A DNA stretch of 64,000 bases from Clostridiales bacterium (GCA_015055725.1 SVHO01000005.1:76-64075); one strand, 5' to 3'; positions 21,391 to 32,991 are shown, counted from the first letter of the stretch. Notes: generated by a model not told the origin, from the letters alone. Numbers and translations: made by a program.

Positions 21391-22131
21391 ATGTATAATT
21401 TTTTTATTACACCAGAAAATATTTTAGATAATAAAGCGACTATAAGCGGAAAAGACTATAACCATATCTTAAACGTTTTGCGCCTTAAAGTTGGCGACCA
21501 GATTTTAATTAGTGCAAACGATAAAAGTCATCTTTGCAAAATTGATAGTTTTGACGAACAGAATGTCTTTTGTGAAATCATTGAAAAAGATTATCAAGAC
21601 ACCAACTTGCCCATAGAAATTTATCTATTTCAAGGTCTTCCTAAAAGCGATAAGATGGAACTTATAATTCAAAAAGCGGTTGAACTTGGCGCGCATGCAG
21701 TTATTCCAGTTCAAACAGAGCGAAGCGTTGTAAAAATAGAGCCTAAAAAAATTAAAGCAAAAACTGAAAGGTGGCAAGCGATTGCAGAAAGCGCGGGCAA
21801 ACAAAGTAAGCGCACTTCTATCCCCAAGATATACGACACTTTGTCCTTTACCGACGCGCTTGACAAAGCAAAAACCTTAGACCTTTTTATATTGCCCTAT
21901 GAAAACGCTCACGGTATGCAAGACACCAAAGACGCACTTAGCAAAATTAAAAGTGGAATGAAGGTTGGCGTTATGATTGGAAGTGAAGGTGGGTTTAGCC
22001 AAAAAGAAATAGACCTTGCTTTAACAATCGGTGCAAAAACAATCTCACTTGGGAAAAGAATATTGCGAACGGAAACGGCCTCAATAACCGCTCTATCAAT
22101 GTTAATGCTATATGCCGAAACGTTTTTATAA
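21391..22131 (+). CDS. rsmE: 16S rRNA (uracil1498-N3)-methyltransferase
   Basis: 246 aa. HILNVLRLKVGD PUA-like N-terminus and the C-terminal SPOUT knot (IGSEGGFSQKEI...LGKRILRTETA). Confidence 0.88.
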   Translation: MYNFFITPENILDNKATISGKDYNHILNVLRLKVGDQILISANDKSHLCKIDSFDEQNVFCEIIEKDYQDTNLPIEIYLFQGLPKSDKMELIIQKAVELGAHAVIPVQTERSVVKIEPKKIKAKTERWQAIAESAGKQSKRTSIPKIYDTLSFTDALDKAKTLDLFILPYENAHGMQDTKDALSKIKSGMKVGVMIGSEGGFSQKEIDLALTIGAKTISLGKRILRTETASITALSMLMLYAETFL

Positions 22132-22142
22132 AAAAATATAAT

Positions 22143-22170
22143 GCCTTGACAACTTGTCAAGGCGTTTTTT
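22143..22170. terminator. bidirectional intrinsic terminator between convergent genes
   Basis: GCCTTGACA-ACT-TGTCAAGGC followed by a T-run, with an A/T-run on the other side. Confidence 0.6.
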
Positions 22171-22184
22171 ATTCGTTATATCTA

Positions 22185-22559
22185 TCAATTCTTTTTCACG
22201 TTTACCGCGATTATGCCTGATACTCCGCCAACGATTAAGCCGAAAAGTAAATCTATGAAAAACTCTTTCCCAAAATGCACGCTTGCACTAATAAAGGCAA
22301 ATAAAACGTAAGTAATAACTGTTGCAAGCACACCGATTATTATTCCTTTAACAAGCCCTAACTTACCGCGAATGCTCGTCGCCACACCCAAAAACACCGA
22401 AAGAACTTTTATAAATTGATTTACGCTTTTTATCACGCCCGTATTAAGCATTGCGCTTTTAACCACAAACGCAAAAATCAATACCCCAACTAGCGTTATT
22501 ATAACTGACGTTGCAACCCCTTTTACAACCGAAAGAGTTGCGCTATCTTGCTTTTCCAT
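22185..22559 (-). CDS. small integral membrane protein, function unknown
   Basis: ATG 22559 after an AGGGGG RBS. About 124 aa with 4 hydrophobic segments. No family assigned by eye. Confidence 0.55.
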   Translation of the reverse strand: MEKQDSATLSVVKGVATSVIITLVGVLIFAFVVKSAMLNTGVIKSVNQFIKVLSVFLGVATSIRGKLGLVKGIIIGVLATVITYVLFAFISASVHFGKEFFIDLLFGLIVGGVSGIIAVNVKKN

Positions 22560-22625
22560 AACAAAAACCCCCTGCACTACTTTTTAAAATAGTATGCAAG
22601 GGGTTGATTTTCTATAACTTAAAAC

Positions 22626-23105
22626 TTATGCGTTTTCTTCAGTTGTTTTCTTTTTTCTCGTTTTCTTTGCGGGTGCAGGTGCGCTTTCTTTGCTTTCTTC
22701 AACCTTTTCTACTACGGGTTCAGCCTTAACTTCTTCCTTAACTTCTTCTTTCACAGGTGCGGGAACGGCGTTGCCTTGTGCAGGAGCGGTTTGGTAAATT
22801 GCGCCTTTATCAAACTTAATATAAGATTTGTTTTCTTCAAGACCGGTTTCTAAAACGAAGGTGTTTTCAGCGTCGTTAATTTGAGCGACGAAACCACAAA
22901 TACCGCCGATAGTTTTAACTCTATCACCGATTTTTAAAGCGTTAACCATATCTTGCGCTTCTTTTTGTTTTTTCTTATTCGTGCGTGATTGCCATATAAA
23001 TAAACCTATAATAGCGATAAGCAAAACGCCCATAATAATGTAAGTGCCTAAAGGACTGCTCTTAGGCGTTTCCGAAGTGTTTTCAAGTAAGTTCCAAATA
23101 AACAT
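22626..23105 (-). CDS. yajC: preprotein translocase subunit YajC with a Lys/Glu/Val-rich C-terminal tail
   Basis: Single TM helix followed by KKKQKEAQDMVNALKIGDRVKTIGGICGFV, the YajC signature. Conserved position after tgt. Confidence 0.85.
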   Translation of the reverse strand: MFIWNLLENTSETPKSSPLGTYIIMGVLLIAIIGLFIWQSRTNKKKQKEAQDMVNALKIGDRVKTIGGICGFVAQINDAENTFVLETGLEENKSYIKFDKGAIYQTAPAQGNAVPAPVKEEVKEEVKAEPVVEKVEESKESAPAPAKKTRKKKTTEENA

Positions 23106-23216
23106 ATTTAATTTCTCCTTATATTCAGATATTTAACTTTCTCAGTATATTTTATAACTTTTAGCAAATAAAATCAAGCGAATTAGCCGAATATTCCATT
23201 TTGATATTTTAAACGG

Positions 23217-24359
<1,143 letters not shown>

Positions 24360-24460
24360 TTAGAAGTTGTTGCGTACAGTTTGAAACTGTACGCAACTAT
24401 TTTTAAGTGTTTTTTGTCTTTAAGGTCAAAACATTAAGTATAAAGGAAGCATAACGAAGT

Positions 24461-25483
24461 TTATAAAATCATACACGCATCGCCGAAAGAAAAGAAACGA
24501 TATTTCTCTTGCACGGCAAGGTTATAAAGTTCTAATATTTTCTCTCTTGTGGATAAAGATGAAACTAACATTAAAAGAGTTGATTTAGGCAAGTGAAAAT
24601 TGGTTATTAAAGCGTCAACACACTTAAACTTATACGGTGGATAAATAAAAATTTCCGTGTTTCCCTTGGTTGCAGTTAAAAAACCGTCTTGGTCGGCAAC
24701 GCTTTCTAAGGTGCGTACACTCGTCGTACCGACGGCAATAATGCGCCTACCTTCTTTTTTAGCCTTATTTATAACGTCGCAAGCGTGTTGGTCAACTTCA
24801 TAATATTCAGAGTGCATATGGTGTTCTAAAATATCTTCGCTTTTGACGGGGCGGAAAGTTCCAAGCCCAACGTGCAACAAAACGTCAACTATTTCAACAC
24901 CCATAGCCTTAATTTCTTCAATCAAATTATCGGTAAAATGCAAGCCTGCCGTTGGCGCGGCGGCTGAGCCGTCAACTTTTGCGTATACCGTTTGATAGCG
25001 CTCTTTATCGTTGAGTTTTTCGGTTATGTAAGGTGGCAACGGCATTTCCCCTATGCGAGAAATAACGTCTTCAAAAACGCCGTCGTAAAAAAACTTAACG
25101 CGCCTGCTCCCTGATTGTTCAATAGTTTCAATAACTTCAAGCGAAAGTTCTTGGTTGAAAACTAACTTTGCGCCAGGCTTTGCCTTTTTTCCAGGCTTAA
25201 CTAAAACTTCCCACTCGTTGAGATTAAAACGCTTTAATAAAAGAACTTCAACCTTTCCACCGTTAGGCGTATAGCCAAACATTCTTGCAGGTAAAACGCG
25301 CGTGTTGTTTCTAACCAAAACGTCACCCTTTTTCAAAAACTGCTTTATATCGTAAAAATGCTTATGGTAAACTTTATCTAATTGTCTATCATATACGAGC
25401 AAACGTGAACTATCTCTTGGTGTCACGGGGGTTTGCGCTATAAGTTCTGGTGGTAATTGGTAATCAAAATCACTTGTTTTCAT
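24461..25483 (-). CDS. queA: S-adenosylmethionine:tRNA ribosyltransferase-isomerase
   Basis: [20 protein letters not shown]-terminus. ATG 25483 is preferred to the track's TTG at 25495. Overlaps the ruvB end. Confidence 0.93.
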   Translation of the reverse strand: MKTSDFDYQLPPELIAQTPVTPRDSSRLLVYDRQLDKVYHKHFYDIKQFLKKGDVLVRNNTRVLPARMFGYTPNGGKVEVLLLKRFNLNEWEVLVKPGKKAKPGAKLVFNQELSLEVIETIEQSGSRRVKFFYDGVFEDVISRIGEMPLPPYITEKLNDKERYQTVYAKVDGSAAAPTAGLHFTDNLIEEIKAMGVEIVDVLLHVGLGTFRPVKSEDILEHHMHSEYYEVDQHACDVINKAKKEGRRIIAVGTTSVRTLESVADQDGFLTATKGNTEIFIYPPYKFKCVDALITNFHLPKSTLLMLVSSLSTREKILELYNLAVQEKYRFFSFGDACMIL

Positions 25484-26519
25484 CTTGTCTTTCAAATATT
25501 GAATATTGTTCCATTTTACTTTCAGGCATTTTTAAGCCTATATGTTCATATCCACGGCGCAAAAGAACTCTGCCACGCGGAGTGCGTGCAATAAACCCAA
25601 GTTGCAATAAATACGGCTCGTAAACGTCTTCAATAGTGTTGCCGTCTTCGTTAATTGTTGCGGCAAGCGTGTCAAGTCCACACGGTCCGCCCCCGAATTT
25701 TTCCGCCATAGATTTAAGTAATTTTACGTCAATAGCATCAAGCCCCAATTCGTCTATTTCAAGCATACGGAGCGCGCCTTGCGCGTCAGAAAGCATAATC
25801 ACGTCATGCCCTTTAACGACAGAATAATCCCTAACCCTGCGTAAAAGTCTATTTGCAATTCTTGGCGTTCCGCGACTGCGCTTTGCAATTTCAACGCCTG
25901 CCTGATGTTCGATTTTCAAGCCAAGCATTTTTGATGCGCGTTCAACGATTTCAGTTAATTCTTGCTCTGAATAAGTTTCCAAACGACAAATAACGCCAAA
26001 CCTATCGCGTAATGGTGAAGATAGCATACCCGCTTTCGTGGTTGCGCCAATAAGCGTAAACTTAGGCAAAGGCAACTGCACGTTTTTAGCAGACGGCCCT
26101 TTCCCTATTATAAAGTCAAGAGTATAATCTTCCATCGCGGGATAAAGGATTTCTTCAACGTTGTGGTTTAGGCGATGAATTTCGTCTATAAACAAAACGT
26201 CCCGCTCGTTAAGGTTGGTTAAAATTGCGGCAAGGTCACCAGCGCGTTCTATGGCAGGTCCACTTGTAATTTTAATTTGCGTGCCGAGTTCGTTTGCGAT
26301 AATGTGCGCAAGCGTGGTTTTCCCTAAGCCTGCAGGTCCGTATAAAAGAACGTGGTCAAGTGCATCTTCACGCATTTTAGAAGCGGCAATACTAACCGCA
26401 AGATTATCTTTAACCTTTTCTTGCCCAACGTATCCTTCCATTGACTTGGGGCGCAAAACGTTTTCTATATCCGTATCAGTTTCACTATACGTGCTTGTCA
26501 CTAATCTTTCTTCTTCCAT
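25470..26519 (-). CDS. ruvB: Holliday junction branch-migration helicase
   Basis: 349 aa. [16 protein letters not shown], Walker [10 protein letters not shown] and Walker B-like LFIDEIHRL. Confidence 0.95.
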   Translation of the reverse strand: MEEERLVTSTYSETDTDIENVLRPKSMEGYVGQEKVKDNLAVSIAASKMREDALDHVLLYGPAGLGKTTLAHIIANELGTQIKITSGPAIERAGDLAAILTNLNERDVLFIDEIHRLNHNVEEILYPAMEDYTLDFIIGKGPSAKNVQLPLPKFTLIGATTKAGMLSSPLRDRFGVICRLETYSEQELTEIVERASKMLGLKIEHQAGVEIAKRSRGTPRIANRLLRRVRDYSVVKGHDVIMLSDAQGALRMLEIDELGLDAIDVKLLKSMAEKFGGGPCGLDTLAATINEDGNTIEDVYEPYLLQLGFIARTPRGRVLLRRGYEHIGLKMPESKMEQYSIFERQDENK

Positions 26520-26525
26520 AATATC

Positions 26526-27122
26526 CTACTTTATATGTTTTATCGCGTAAGAAATAAGTTGCTCTATGGTAGACGCACCACTTTCTTTTGCTTGTTTAAC
26601 CGCCTTAACGCACTCTTGTTTTGTAAACCCTAAACTCATAAGAGCAATAATCGCGTCTTGGTTATCTTCTTCAAACGTTTCTTGAACAGGCGCACTTTTA
26701 AGGGTAAGTTCGCCGTTTTCATCCGCGGTAATCTTTTCGCGTAGTTCTAATATAATACGCTCGGCAGTCTTTTTCCCAAGCCCCTTAATTGTTGATAAAC
26801 CTTTAACGTCAGACGTGGCGATTTTAACCGCAAGGTCTGAAAGGTTCATGTTAGATAAAACGGTTATTCCCATTTTTGGGCCGACGCCTGAAACGGAAAT
26901 AAGTTTTAAGAACATATTTTTTTCTTCACGGCTAATAAATCCGTAAAGAGAAACCCCGTCTTCCCTAACGGCAAGATAAGTATAAACTTCACCTTTTTTT
27001 TCCGCAAGAAGTTTTTGGTAAACTGATGCCGAACAAATGACTTCATAACCTATCCCGTTGTTTTCAAGCAAAACGACACCGCCGTCCGCAAATAGCACGT
27101 TCCCTTTAATATAACCAATCAT
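26526..27122 (-). CDS. ruvA: Holliday junction DNA-binding subunit
   Basis: 198 aa. MIGYIKG... followed by HhH motifs (LISVSGVGPKMG, IKGLGKKTAERI). Confidence 0.9.
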   Translation of the reverse strand: MIGYIKGNVLFADGGVVLLENNGIGYEVICSASVYQKLLAEKKGEVYTYLAVREDGVSLYGFISREEKNMFLKLISVSGVGPKMGITVLSNMNLSDLAVKIATSDVKGLSTIKGLGKKTAERIILELREKITADENGELTLKSAPVQETFEEDNQDAIIALMSLGFTKQECVKAVKQAKESGASTIEQLISYAIKHIK

Positions 27123-27129
27123 AATTCAC

Positions 27130-27630
27130 CTATATACTGAAAAGTCCGCCAAGTTTATTAGTTTGCGCATGGCAAAGCGCAACGGCAAGCGCGTCAGCCG
27201 CGTCGTCTGGGCGCGGAATTGCTTTAAGCCTTAAAGTTGTTTTAACCATTTGTTGAATTTGATTTTTATCCGCCCTGCCATAGCCCGTAAGTGCTTGTTT
27301 GATTTGCAAAGGCGTATATTCAAAAAGTTTACCGCACTCTTTAATGGCGGTTAATAAAATTACACCCCTTGCATGCGCAACGTTAATACCCGTCTTAACG
27401 TTTTTTGCAAAAAAAAGTTCTTCAACCGCAATTTCTTTAGGCTTAAATTTATCTATAATTTGTTTAACGCCCTTTTCAAGCATAGCAAGTCTAACGGCAA
27501 GGTTTTCTTCTTTTGGTGTGGAAACTATGCCGTAATCAATCATCTCTGGTTTAGAGCGTTTATCAGTTGAAATTACCCCGTATCCAAGCGTTGCTATTCC
27601 AGGGTCAAAGCCTACTATAATCATACGCAT
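27130..27630 (-). CDS. ruvC: crossover junction endodeoxyribonuclease
   Basis: 166 aa. IIVGFDPGIATLGYGVI, with E in AVEELFF and DAADALAVALCH as catalytic acidic residues. Confidence 0.9.
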   Translation of the reverse strand: MRMIIVGFDPGIATLGYGVISTDKRSKPEMIDYGIVSTPKEENLAVRLAMLEKGVKQIIDKFKPKEIAVEELFFAKNVKTGINVAHARGVILLTAIKECGKLFEYTPLQIKQALTGYGRADKNQIQQMVKTTLRLKAIPRPDDAADALAVALCHAQTNKLGGLFSI

Positions 27631-27721
27631 TTATTTTACTTAATTTTTTAAAAAAAGTCAATAAAAAGCGGATATTAAAGCGCTCTATTATAAATTAAAC
27701 TAAAAACCAAACAAAAAGCCG

Positions 27722-27759
27722 TAAAAAAATAAAAGGCTAACGAACTTTGTTCATTAGCC
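27722..27759 (-). terminator. intrinsic terminator after the MFS gene
   Basis: Minus strand: GGCTAATGAACAAAGTTCGTTAGCC followed by TTTTATTTTTTT. Confidence 0.6.
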
Positions 27760-27778
27760 ATATCTATCTTGTTTTTAT

Positions 27779-28981
27779 TTAGTTAGGGCGTTTGCCAAAC
27801 TTTTTAACGAGTAGAATAAGCCCTAAAATCATTATTGTTGGGAAAATGGTTGCAACCAGTAAACCGGTTTTTAAATTGCCACCAACGCACTCTGCAATTG
27901 CACCAACCATTGCAGGACTTATCGTTGCGCCTAAATCCCCTGCTAACGCCAAAAAGGCAAACATTGCCGTTCCCCCTTTAGGACATTTTTGCGAAGAAAT
28001 GCTTATTGTTCCCGGCCACATAATACCAACCGCCAAACCACAAAGCGCGCACCCTATTAGCCCTATAATCGAAATCGTTGATAAAGACGCCAACAAATAA
28101 CAACCAACACACGCTAAACCGCAAACGAGCATAACTTTTGGCAAGTCTACCTTTTGACTAAATTTTCCGTAAAACACGCGCGCTACGCCCATAAACACGG
28201 CAAATAAACAAGGACCTGCTAAGTCACCGATTATTTTGGAAACGCCAAGCGCGGATTCTGTAAAAGCCGATGCCCATTGAGTCATAGTCGTTTCAGATGC
28301 GCCCGCGCATACCATAAGTATAATCATTAGCCAAAATAAAGGAAGCCTTAACAAACTGCCTACGCTCATTTTTTCCCCGTCTTCAACTAAACGCTCTATC
28401 GGGCAAGACATAAAGTTAAATGTGTTTATAAAGGGCACAATAGCCCATATAATAGTTAATATTTTCCAATATGCCGTGCCAAATATTGCGAAAAAAATCG
28501 TAGAACCTAAAATTACGCCTACCGCGCCCCAACAGTAAAAAGAGTGCAATAAACTCATAACGCCTGCCTTATTTTCAAAAGGGCACGCTTCGACGATAGG
28601 GCTAACCAAAACTTCAATAAGACCACTACCTATCGCGTATAGCACGACTGAAATAATAATGCCAATAAAGGGATTTGGCATTAAATCAGGTAAAAATGCC
28701 ATAAGGATTAGTCCCACAGCAGAAACTAATTGCGACGTGACAACGCAAGTGCGATATCCGATTTTATCGGCAAATTTAGTTGCAACCAAGTCGACGAGCA
28801 GTTGCGTTAAATAAAATATCATTGGAATAAGCGCAATCATTTCGAGTGAAATTGCATAAGTTCCCTTAAAAGTTAAAAACAAAAGAGGGGTAAAATTTGA
28901 CGATATCGCCTGCGTTATAAACCCAAGATAACAAGAAATTAACGTTTTTTTATAATTTTTTGCCTTTTCCATAACGTGCAT
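27779..28981 (-). CDS. MFS transporter, substrate unknown
   Basis: About 12 TM segments. Start chosen at ATG 28981 (MHVMEKAK), which has AGGAAG 6 nt upstream. Confidence 0.75.
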   Translation of the reverse strand: MHVMEKAKNYKKTLISCYLGFITQAISSNFTPLLFLTFKGTYAISLEMIALIPMIFYLTQLLVDLVATKFADKIGYRTCVVTSQLVSAVGLILMAFLPDLMPNPFIGIIISVVLYAIGSGLIEVLVSPIVEACPFENKAGVMSLLHSFYCWGAVGVILGSTIFFAIFGTAYWKILTIIWAIVPFINTFNFMSCPIERLVEDGEKMSVGSLLRLPLFWLMIILMVCAGASETTMTQWASAFTESALGVSKIIGDLAGPCLFAVFMGVARVFYGKFSQKVDLPKVMLVCGLACVGCYLLASLSTISIIGLIGCALCGLAVGIMWPGTISISSQKCPKGGTAMFAFLALAGDLGATISPAMVGAIAECVGGNLKTGLLVATIFPTIMILGLILLVKKFGKRPN

Positions 28982-29051
28982 CTTTAACTTCCTATTGATT
29001 ATCCAGTTAATTATAATAAATAAAAAATTAAATTGCAAGTCGTTTTATAAG

Positions 29052-29087
29052 TATAAATAAAAACTCGACTTTTAATCAGCCGAGTTT
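29052..29087 (-). terminator. intrinsic terminator after the 83-aa gene
   Basis: Minus strand: AAACTCG-GCTGATTAAAAGT-CGAGTTT followed by TTATTTAT. Confidence 0.5.
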
Positions 29088-29099
29088 TCTTTTAGATTT

Positions 29100-29351
29100 T
29101 TAATTTTCGCCTTTTGCTTTTTTAATGCGTTCTTCAGCAACTGCTTTTCTTTCGTTTGCCTTTTTAATTTGTTCTTCACGTTCTTCTTGCATTTTTGCTT
29201 GGCGCGCCTTAGGGCTCATCTTTGCTTCTTCCCATTGTGCCTTTGATTCTGCTTTTGCAGCGGCAAAATTTGCCTTGTCTACTTCGTGTTGTGCTTTCGC
29301 GCTTGCCTTCATATCGGCAAAAGCGTCTTTAAAAAACTTTTTGATTCCCAT
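29100..29351 (-). CDS. small Lys/Ala/Glu-rich helical protein, function unknown
   Basis: 83 aa with an RBS (AAGGAGAATTTAACG before the ATG) and its own terminator. Monocistronic. Predicted to be an all-helical charged repeat. The antisense ORF 29125..29382 is rejected. Confidence 0.6.
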   Translation of the reverse strand: MGIKKFFKDAFADMKASAKAQHEVDKANFAAAKAESKAQWEEAKMSPKARQAKMQEEREEQIKKANERKAVAEERIKKAKGEN

Positions 29352-29475
29352 CGTTAAATTCTCCTTAAATATTTTTAATTAACTTTGTACCCATATTATA
29401 CGAAAACGATGTTTATCTTTTTATAAAATTGTGTAAATCGTTTGATAACGTTTTGTAAAGATTTTGTAAAACGCA

Positions 29476-29508
29476 AAATAAAAAATTCGGCATTTTTACC
29501 GCCGAATT
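29476..29508 (-). terminator. intrinsic terminator ending the ABC operon
   Basis: Minus strand: AATTCGGC-GGTAAAAAT-GCCGAATT followed by TTTTATTTT. Confidence 0.6.
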
Positions 29509-29513
29509 TATAT

Positions 29514-30329
29514 TTATACTAAACTTGTTTTCTTTAATATCGCGTTGCTTATTGCACCCATACCAAAAGCAAAACCCACACTACCAGCGCAACATAAAAT
29601 TATGTGAATTATCGTCGCATCAAGTGGACTTGCAATAGATATAACCATAAATAAAAACATACCAATTCCAAGTGATAAGCATATAGCAAGCCAAGATTTT
29701 TGCTTACCTATAACGCTCATCGTTAAAAATATTGAAACAAAAATAGGCACTAATAACACTTTTGAAATGATAGAGCAAATTAAAGTAAATGCGTTAAAAC
29801 CAACCATCTTAAACGATAGTCCAGATGCCCCGCCACCGATTATAGAGCCTAAAACGAACGCTAAAATCATTAAACCGCCACCAATAGAACTAACGATAGT
29901 TTTAGAGATAACGTAATCAGTCTTTTTTGCGCGAACTGTAAAAAGGTTTTTAGCATAACCGCTTCTAAAATCGTCACAGACGAAAACACACACGAGAACG
30001 CCAACGGCAAAATACATCATATTGATATTGCACATAGACACGATATCCATGCTCATTCCCGCTTGCTCACTGCCACCCGTCGCGCTTACAGAACCAAGTA
30101 TTTGCCAAACGTAATCAAAGCCGTGCATAACTGTTTCCGCCCCCGTTTGTGGGTTTGTGCTAACAGTTCCGTCCATCATTGTGGTCATAACCAAAATTAA
30201 AATGGGAACGACGAGTGCAATTCCAACCATTATATAAAAGAAGGGACTGATAAACAATCTTCTCGTATCAACTTTAAGCATGCTATTAAGTCTTTTAGAA
30301 AAAGTGTTTTTTGAAAAAGTCTTTTCCAT
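29514..30329 (-). CDS. ABC-2 type permease (paralog 1)
   Basis: 271 aa, 6 TM. N-terminus KRLNSMLKVDTRRLFISPFFYI is shared with paralog 2. The TAATATG junction with the upstream ATPase is the same as in pair 2. Confidence 0.8.
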   Translation of the reverse strand: MEKTFSKNTFSKRLNSMLKVDTRRLFISPFFYIMVGIALVVPILILVMTTMMDGTVSTNPQTGAETVMHGFDYVWQILGSVSATGGSEQAGMSMDIVSMCNINMMYFAVGVLVCVFVCDDFRSGYAKNLFTVRAKKTDYVISKTIVSSIGGGLMILAFVLGSIIGGGASGLSFKMVGFNAFTLICSIISKVLLVPIFVSIFLTMSVIGKQKSWLAICLSLGIGMFLFMVISIASPLDATIIHIILCCAGSVGFAFGMGAISNAILKKTSLV

Positions 30330-30330
30330 A

Positions 30331-31233
30331 TTAATTTGCTCCTTTGCCTTTCATAAGGTCGATATAATATTCTTCCAAGCCGATTTTATCCCTTTTAACT
30401 TGGTTAACGGTCACGCCGTGTTGATAAAGATAAGAAACGATTTCTTCAGGGGTTGTTTGGTCGTAAACGCGCAAAAATCCCTTTTCATCTTGTTCTACGC
30501 GCAAATATTTGCGCATTAAAAGTGCTTTTGTATCTTCAATCTTGTTTGCCCCAATCAAAATATAAGTTCTGCAACTTTTTTCAAGTTGTTCCGCCGTCAT
30601 TTCAGCAATCATTTTGCCACCGCGAACAATTCCATAATGCGTTGCAATCTTTTCAAGTTCGCCTAAAATATGTGACGATACGACTATGGTTGTTCCCCTT
30701 TTTGACAAGTCTACCAAAACTTCTCTCATAATGCGCATTCCGTCTGCATCAAGCCCGTTAATCGGCTCGTCTAACACGAGCAAATGTGGATTGCCTAAAA
30801 GCGCCATCGCTATTCCGATACGCTGTTTCATACCGAGAGAACAGTTTTTATATTTATTGCCTGCCGAACCTTCCATACGAACGAGCGTTAAAACTTTTCT
30901 AATTTCGTTCTCTGGGTTTTCTATATTCAAATTAAACGCTTGAATCATCATATTGTTCCAAACGGTCATATTTGGAAAGCAACCGGGGTTTTCAATCAAA
31001 ACTCCAACCCCAGCGCGAACGTCAATATCGGTGTGGTCTTTGCCGTAAAGTTTAACACTTCCACCACTTGCGTGGATTAAACCGCAAATAATCTTTTCCG
31101 TTGTGGATTTTCCACTTCCATTTTCCCCGATAAAGCCGTAAATACTGCCAACGGGAACGGTCATATTTAAGCCTTTAAGTGCTTGTTTTTCGCCAAAATT
31201 TTTAGTTAAATTTCTTATTTCAATCGCGTTCAT
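30331..31233 (-). CDS. ABC transporter ATP-binding protein (paralog 1)
   Basis: Walker A GENGSGKST, signature LGMKQR, Walker B LLVLDEPINGLD, H-loop SSHIL. C-terminal extension of about 90 aa. Confidence 0.9.
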   Translation of the reverse strand: MNAIEIRNLTKNFGEKQALKGLNMTVPVGSIYGFIGENGSGKSTTEKIICGLIHASGGSVKLYGKDHTDIDVRAGVGVLIENPGCFPNMTVWNNMMIQAFNLNIENPENEIRKVLTLVRMEGSAGNKYKNCSLGMKQRIGIAMALLGNPHLLVLDEPINGLDADGMRIMREVLVDLSKRGTTIVVSSHILGELEKIATHYGIVRGGKMIAEMTAEQLEKSCRTYILIGANKIEDTKALLMRKYLRVEQDEKGFLRVYDQTTPEEIVSYLYQHGVTVNQVKRDKIGLEEYYIDLMKGKGAN

Positions 31234-31244
31234 TTTTTCACCCC

Positions 31245-32087
31245 TTAATACACGTCACTCTTATTCAAAATATGAGAGCCCGCTATGATATAAATAACCG
31301 CCCAAGCAACTGATACGAGAATACAAGTTATAAACGCGCCAAAACCACTTGTCAAACAAGCGTTAACGGATGCACCGTAAAGAAAAACGTTTAAGAACGA
31401 ACTTGGAAGCGAAAGTGCTTCAACGATAGATGCAACGCCTATAATCAAAATTCCCGTTCCAAAGAAAAAGGAAGATGCCACCGAAATCCCGAAATATCTT
31501 CTAAATATAACGTTAAGGAAAGTAAATAACCCTGACCAACCAAGGCTTAAAATCATCTTTCCAAAAATAGCAACGAAAAGCGAGCCTACGTTAACGTTAG
31601 TTTTATACCCTGCAATAAGTCCACCTATCGTTCCGCCGATAAAATAAGTTAAGCACATGCAAACGATAGCAAAAGCACAAGAAAGAGTTTTAGAAATCAT
31701 ATAATCTTCTTTTTTAGCGTGCGTTGTAAAAAGTTGTTTAACGTATCCACTTTTATAATCGTGCCCGATAAAAATTGAAACCATTATTCCGCCGAAAATG
31801 AAAACCATATTCATATTAGCGTAATCTGAAATGCTTTTAATAACGTATAACGGCTCTGTAGAAGCAATAATTTGCCAAACGTTAGAATAAAGTGGTTCCA
31901 TAACGTTTCCGTTTTGGTCTGGCATCATAGTTAGGCAAGAAACCATTGCGGGAATAATTGCGGAAATCGCTAAAAAAATATAAAACAAAGGCGTGTGAAA
32001 CAATCGATAAAAATCCACCCCGAGCATACCCTTTAACCTTTTTTTGAAAGTGGGTGATTCAAATTTTAGTTCTTTTACGTTTTCCAT
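31245..32087 (-). CDS. ABC-2 type permease (paralog 2)
   Basis: Start at ATG 32087 (AAGGAG RBS, TAATATG junction). 6 TM. KRLKGMLGVDFYRLFHTPLFYI N-terminus. Confidence 0.8.
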   Translation of the reverse strand: MENVKELKFESPTFKKRLKGMLGVDFYRLFHTPLFYIFLAISAIIPAMVSCLTMMPDQNGNVMEPLYSNVWQIIASTEPLYVIKSISDYANMNMVFIFGGIMVSIFIGHDYKSGYVKQLFTTHAKKEDYMISKTLSCAFAIVCMCLTYFIGGTIGGLIAGYKTNVNVGSLFVAIFGKMILSLGWSGLFTFLNVIFRRYFGISVASSFFFGTGILIIGVASIVEALSLPSSFLNVFLYGASVNACLTSGFGAFITCILVSVAWAVIYIIAGSHILNKSDVY

Positions 32088-32088
32088 A

Positions 32089-32991
32089 TTATTCACTCTC
32101 CTTACCACTCATAAGTTGAATATAATATTCTTCTAAACCGATTTTGTTCTTTTTAATTTCGCTAATAACAAAACCTTTTTCAATTAAATATTCAACGATT
32201 TGTTCAACCTCGTTTACGTCGTAAACGCGAATATATTCACCTTCTAAACGAACGGACTTATACTTTTCTTTTAAGGCTTTTAAAGCCCCTGCCATATCGG
32301 CAGTTTTAAGCGAAGTGAAAACCTTTGCTCTGTTTTCCATTTCTTTTGCAGAAAGTTCCATAATCATTTTGCCTTGACGGATAATACCGTAATGAGTTGC
32401 AATCTTTTCAAGTTCACCTAAAATGTGTGATGAAATTAAAACGGTACAGCCGTAAGTTTTGGTTATATCAACTAAAATTTCTCTCATAATGCGCATGCCG
32501 TCAGTATCAAGTCCGTTAATCGGCTCGTCTAAAATAAGCAGAGCAGGATTACCCAAAAGAGCCATAGCGATGCCGATTCTTTGTTTCATGCCGAGAGAAC
32601 AAGTTTTGAACTTAATAAACTTGCTGTCTTGCATGCGCACGATTTTTAGCACGCGGTCAATTTCTTCTTCACGGTTATCAAGCCCTAAGTTAATTGCTTG
32701 CATCATTAAGTTTTGATACACGCTTGAAGAAGGAAAACAGCCTGCGTTTTCAATAAGTGCGCCAACTCTAACGCGCACGCCCGCATCAGTATAATCTTTG
32801 CCAAATAACTTTATTTCCCCAGCGTCTTTAACAAGGTGTCCACAAATAAGTTTTTCCGTTGTGGATTTCCCACTTCCGTTTTCCCCGATAAAGCCGTAAA
32901 TACTGCCAACGGGAACGGTCATATTCAAATTGTTTACGGCATACATACCGCGAAAACTTTTTGAAAGTCCTCTTATTTCAATAGCGTTCAT
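32089..32991 (-). CDS. ABC transporter ATP-binding protein (paralog 2)
   Basis: Same motif set as paralog 1 and roughly 60 percent identical by eye. First gene of the operon. Confidence 0.9.
   Translation of the reverse strand: MNAIEIRGLSKSFRGMYAVNNLNMTVPVGSIYGFIGENGSGKSTTEKLICGHLVKDAGEIKLFGKDYTDAGVRVRVGALIENAGCFPSSSVYQNLMMQAINLGLDNREEEIDRVLKIVRMQDSKFIKFKTCSLGMKQRIGIAMALLGNPALLILDEPINGLDTDGMRIMREILVDITKTYGCTVLISSHILGELEKIATHYGIIRQGKMIMELSAKEMENRAKVFTSLKTADMAGALKALKEKYKSVRLEGEYIRVYDVNEVEQIVEYLIEKGFVISEIKKNKIGLEEYYIQLMSGKESE

Noticed and set aside
24371-24399. A perfect hairpin GTTGCGTACAGTTT-GAAACTGTACGCAAC between queA and tgt that looks like a terminator.
   Set aside because: Its T-run is on the plus strand while both flanking genes are on the minus strand. 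On the transcribed strand no U-run follows. It is probably only an mRNA-stability or processing hairpin and was not called as a terminator.
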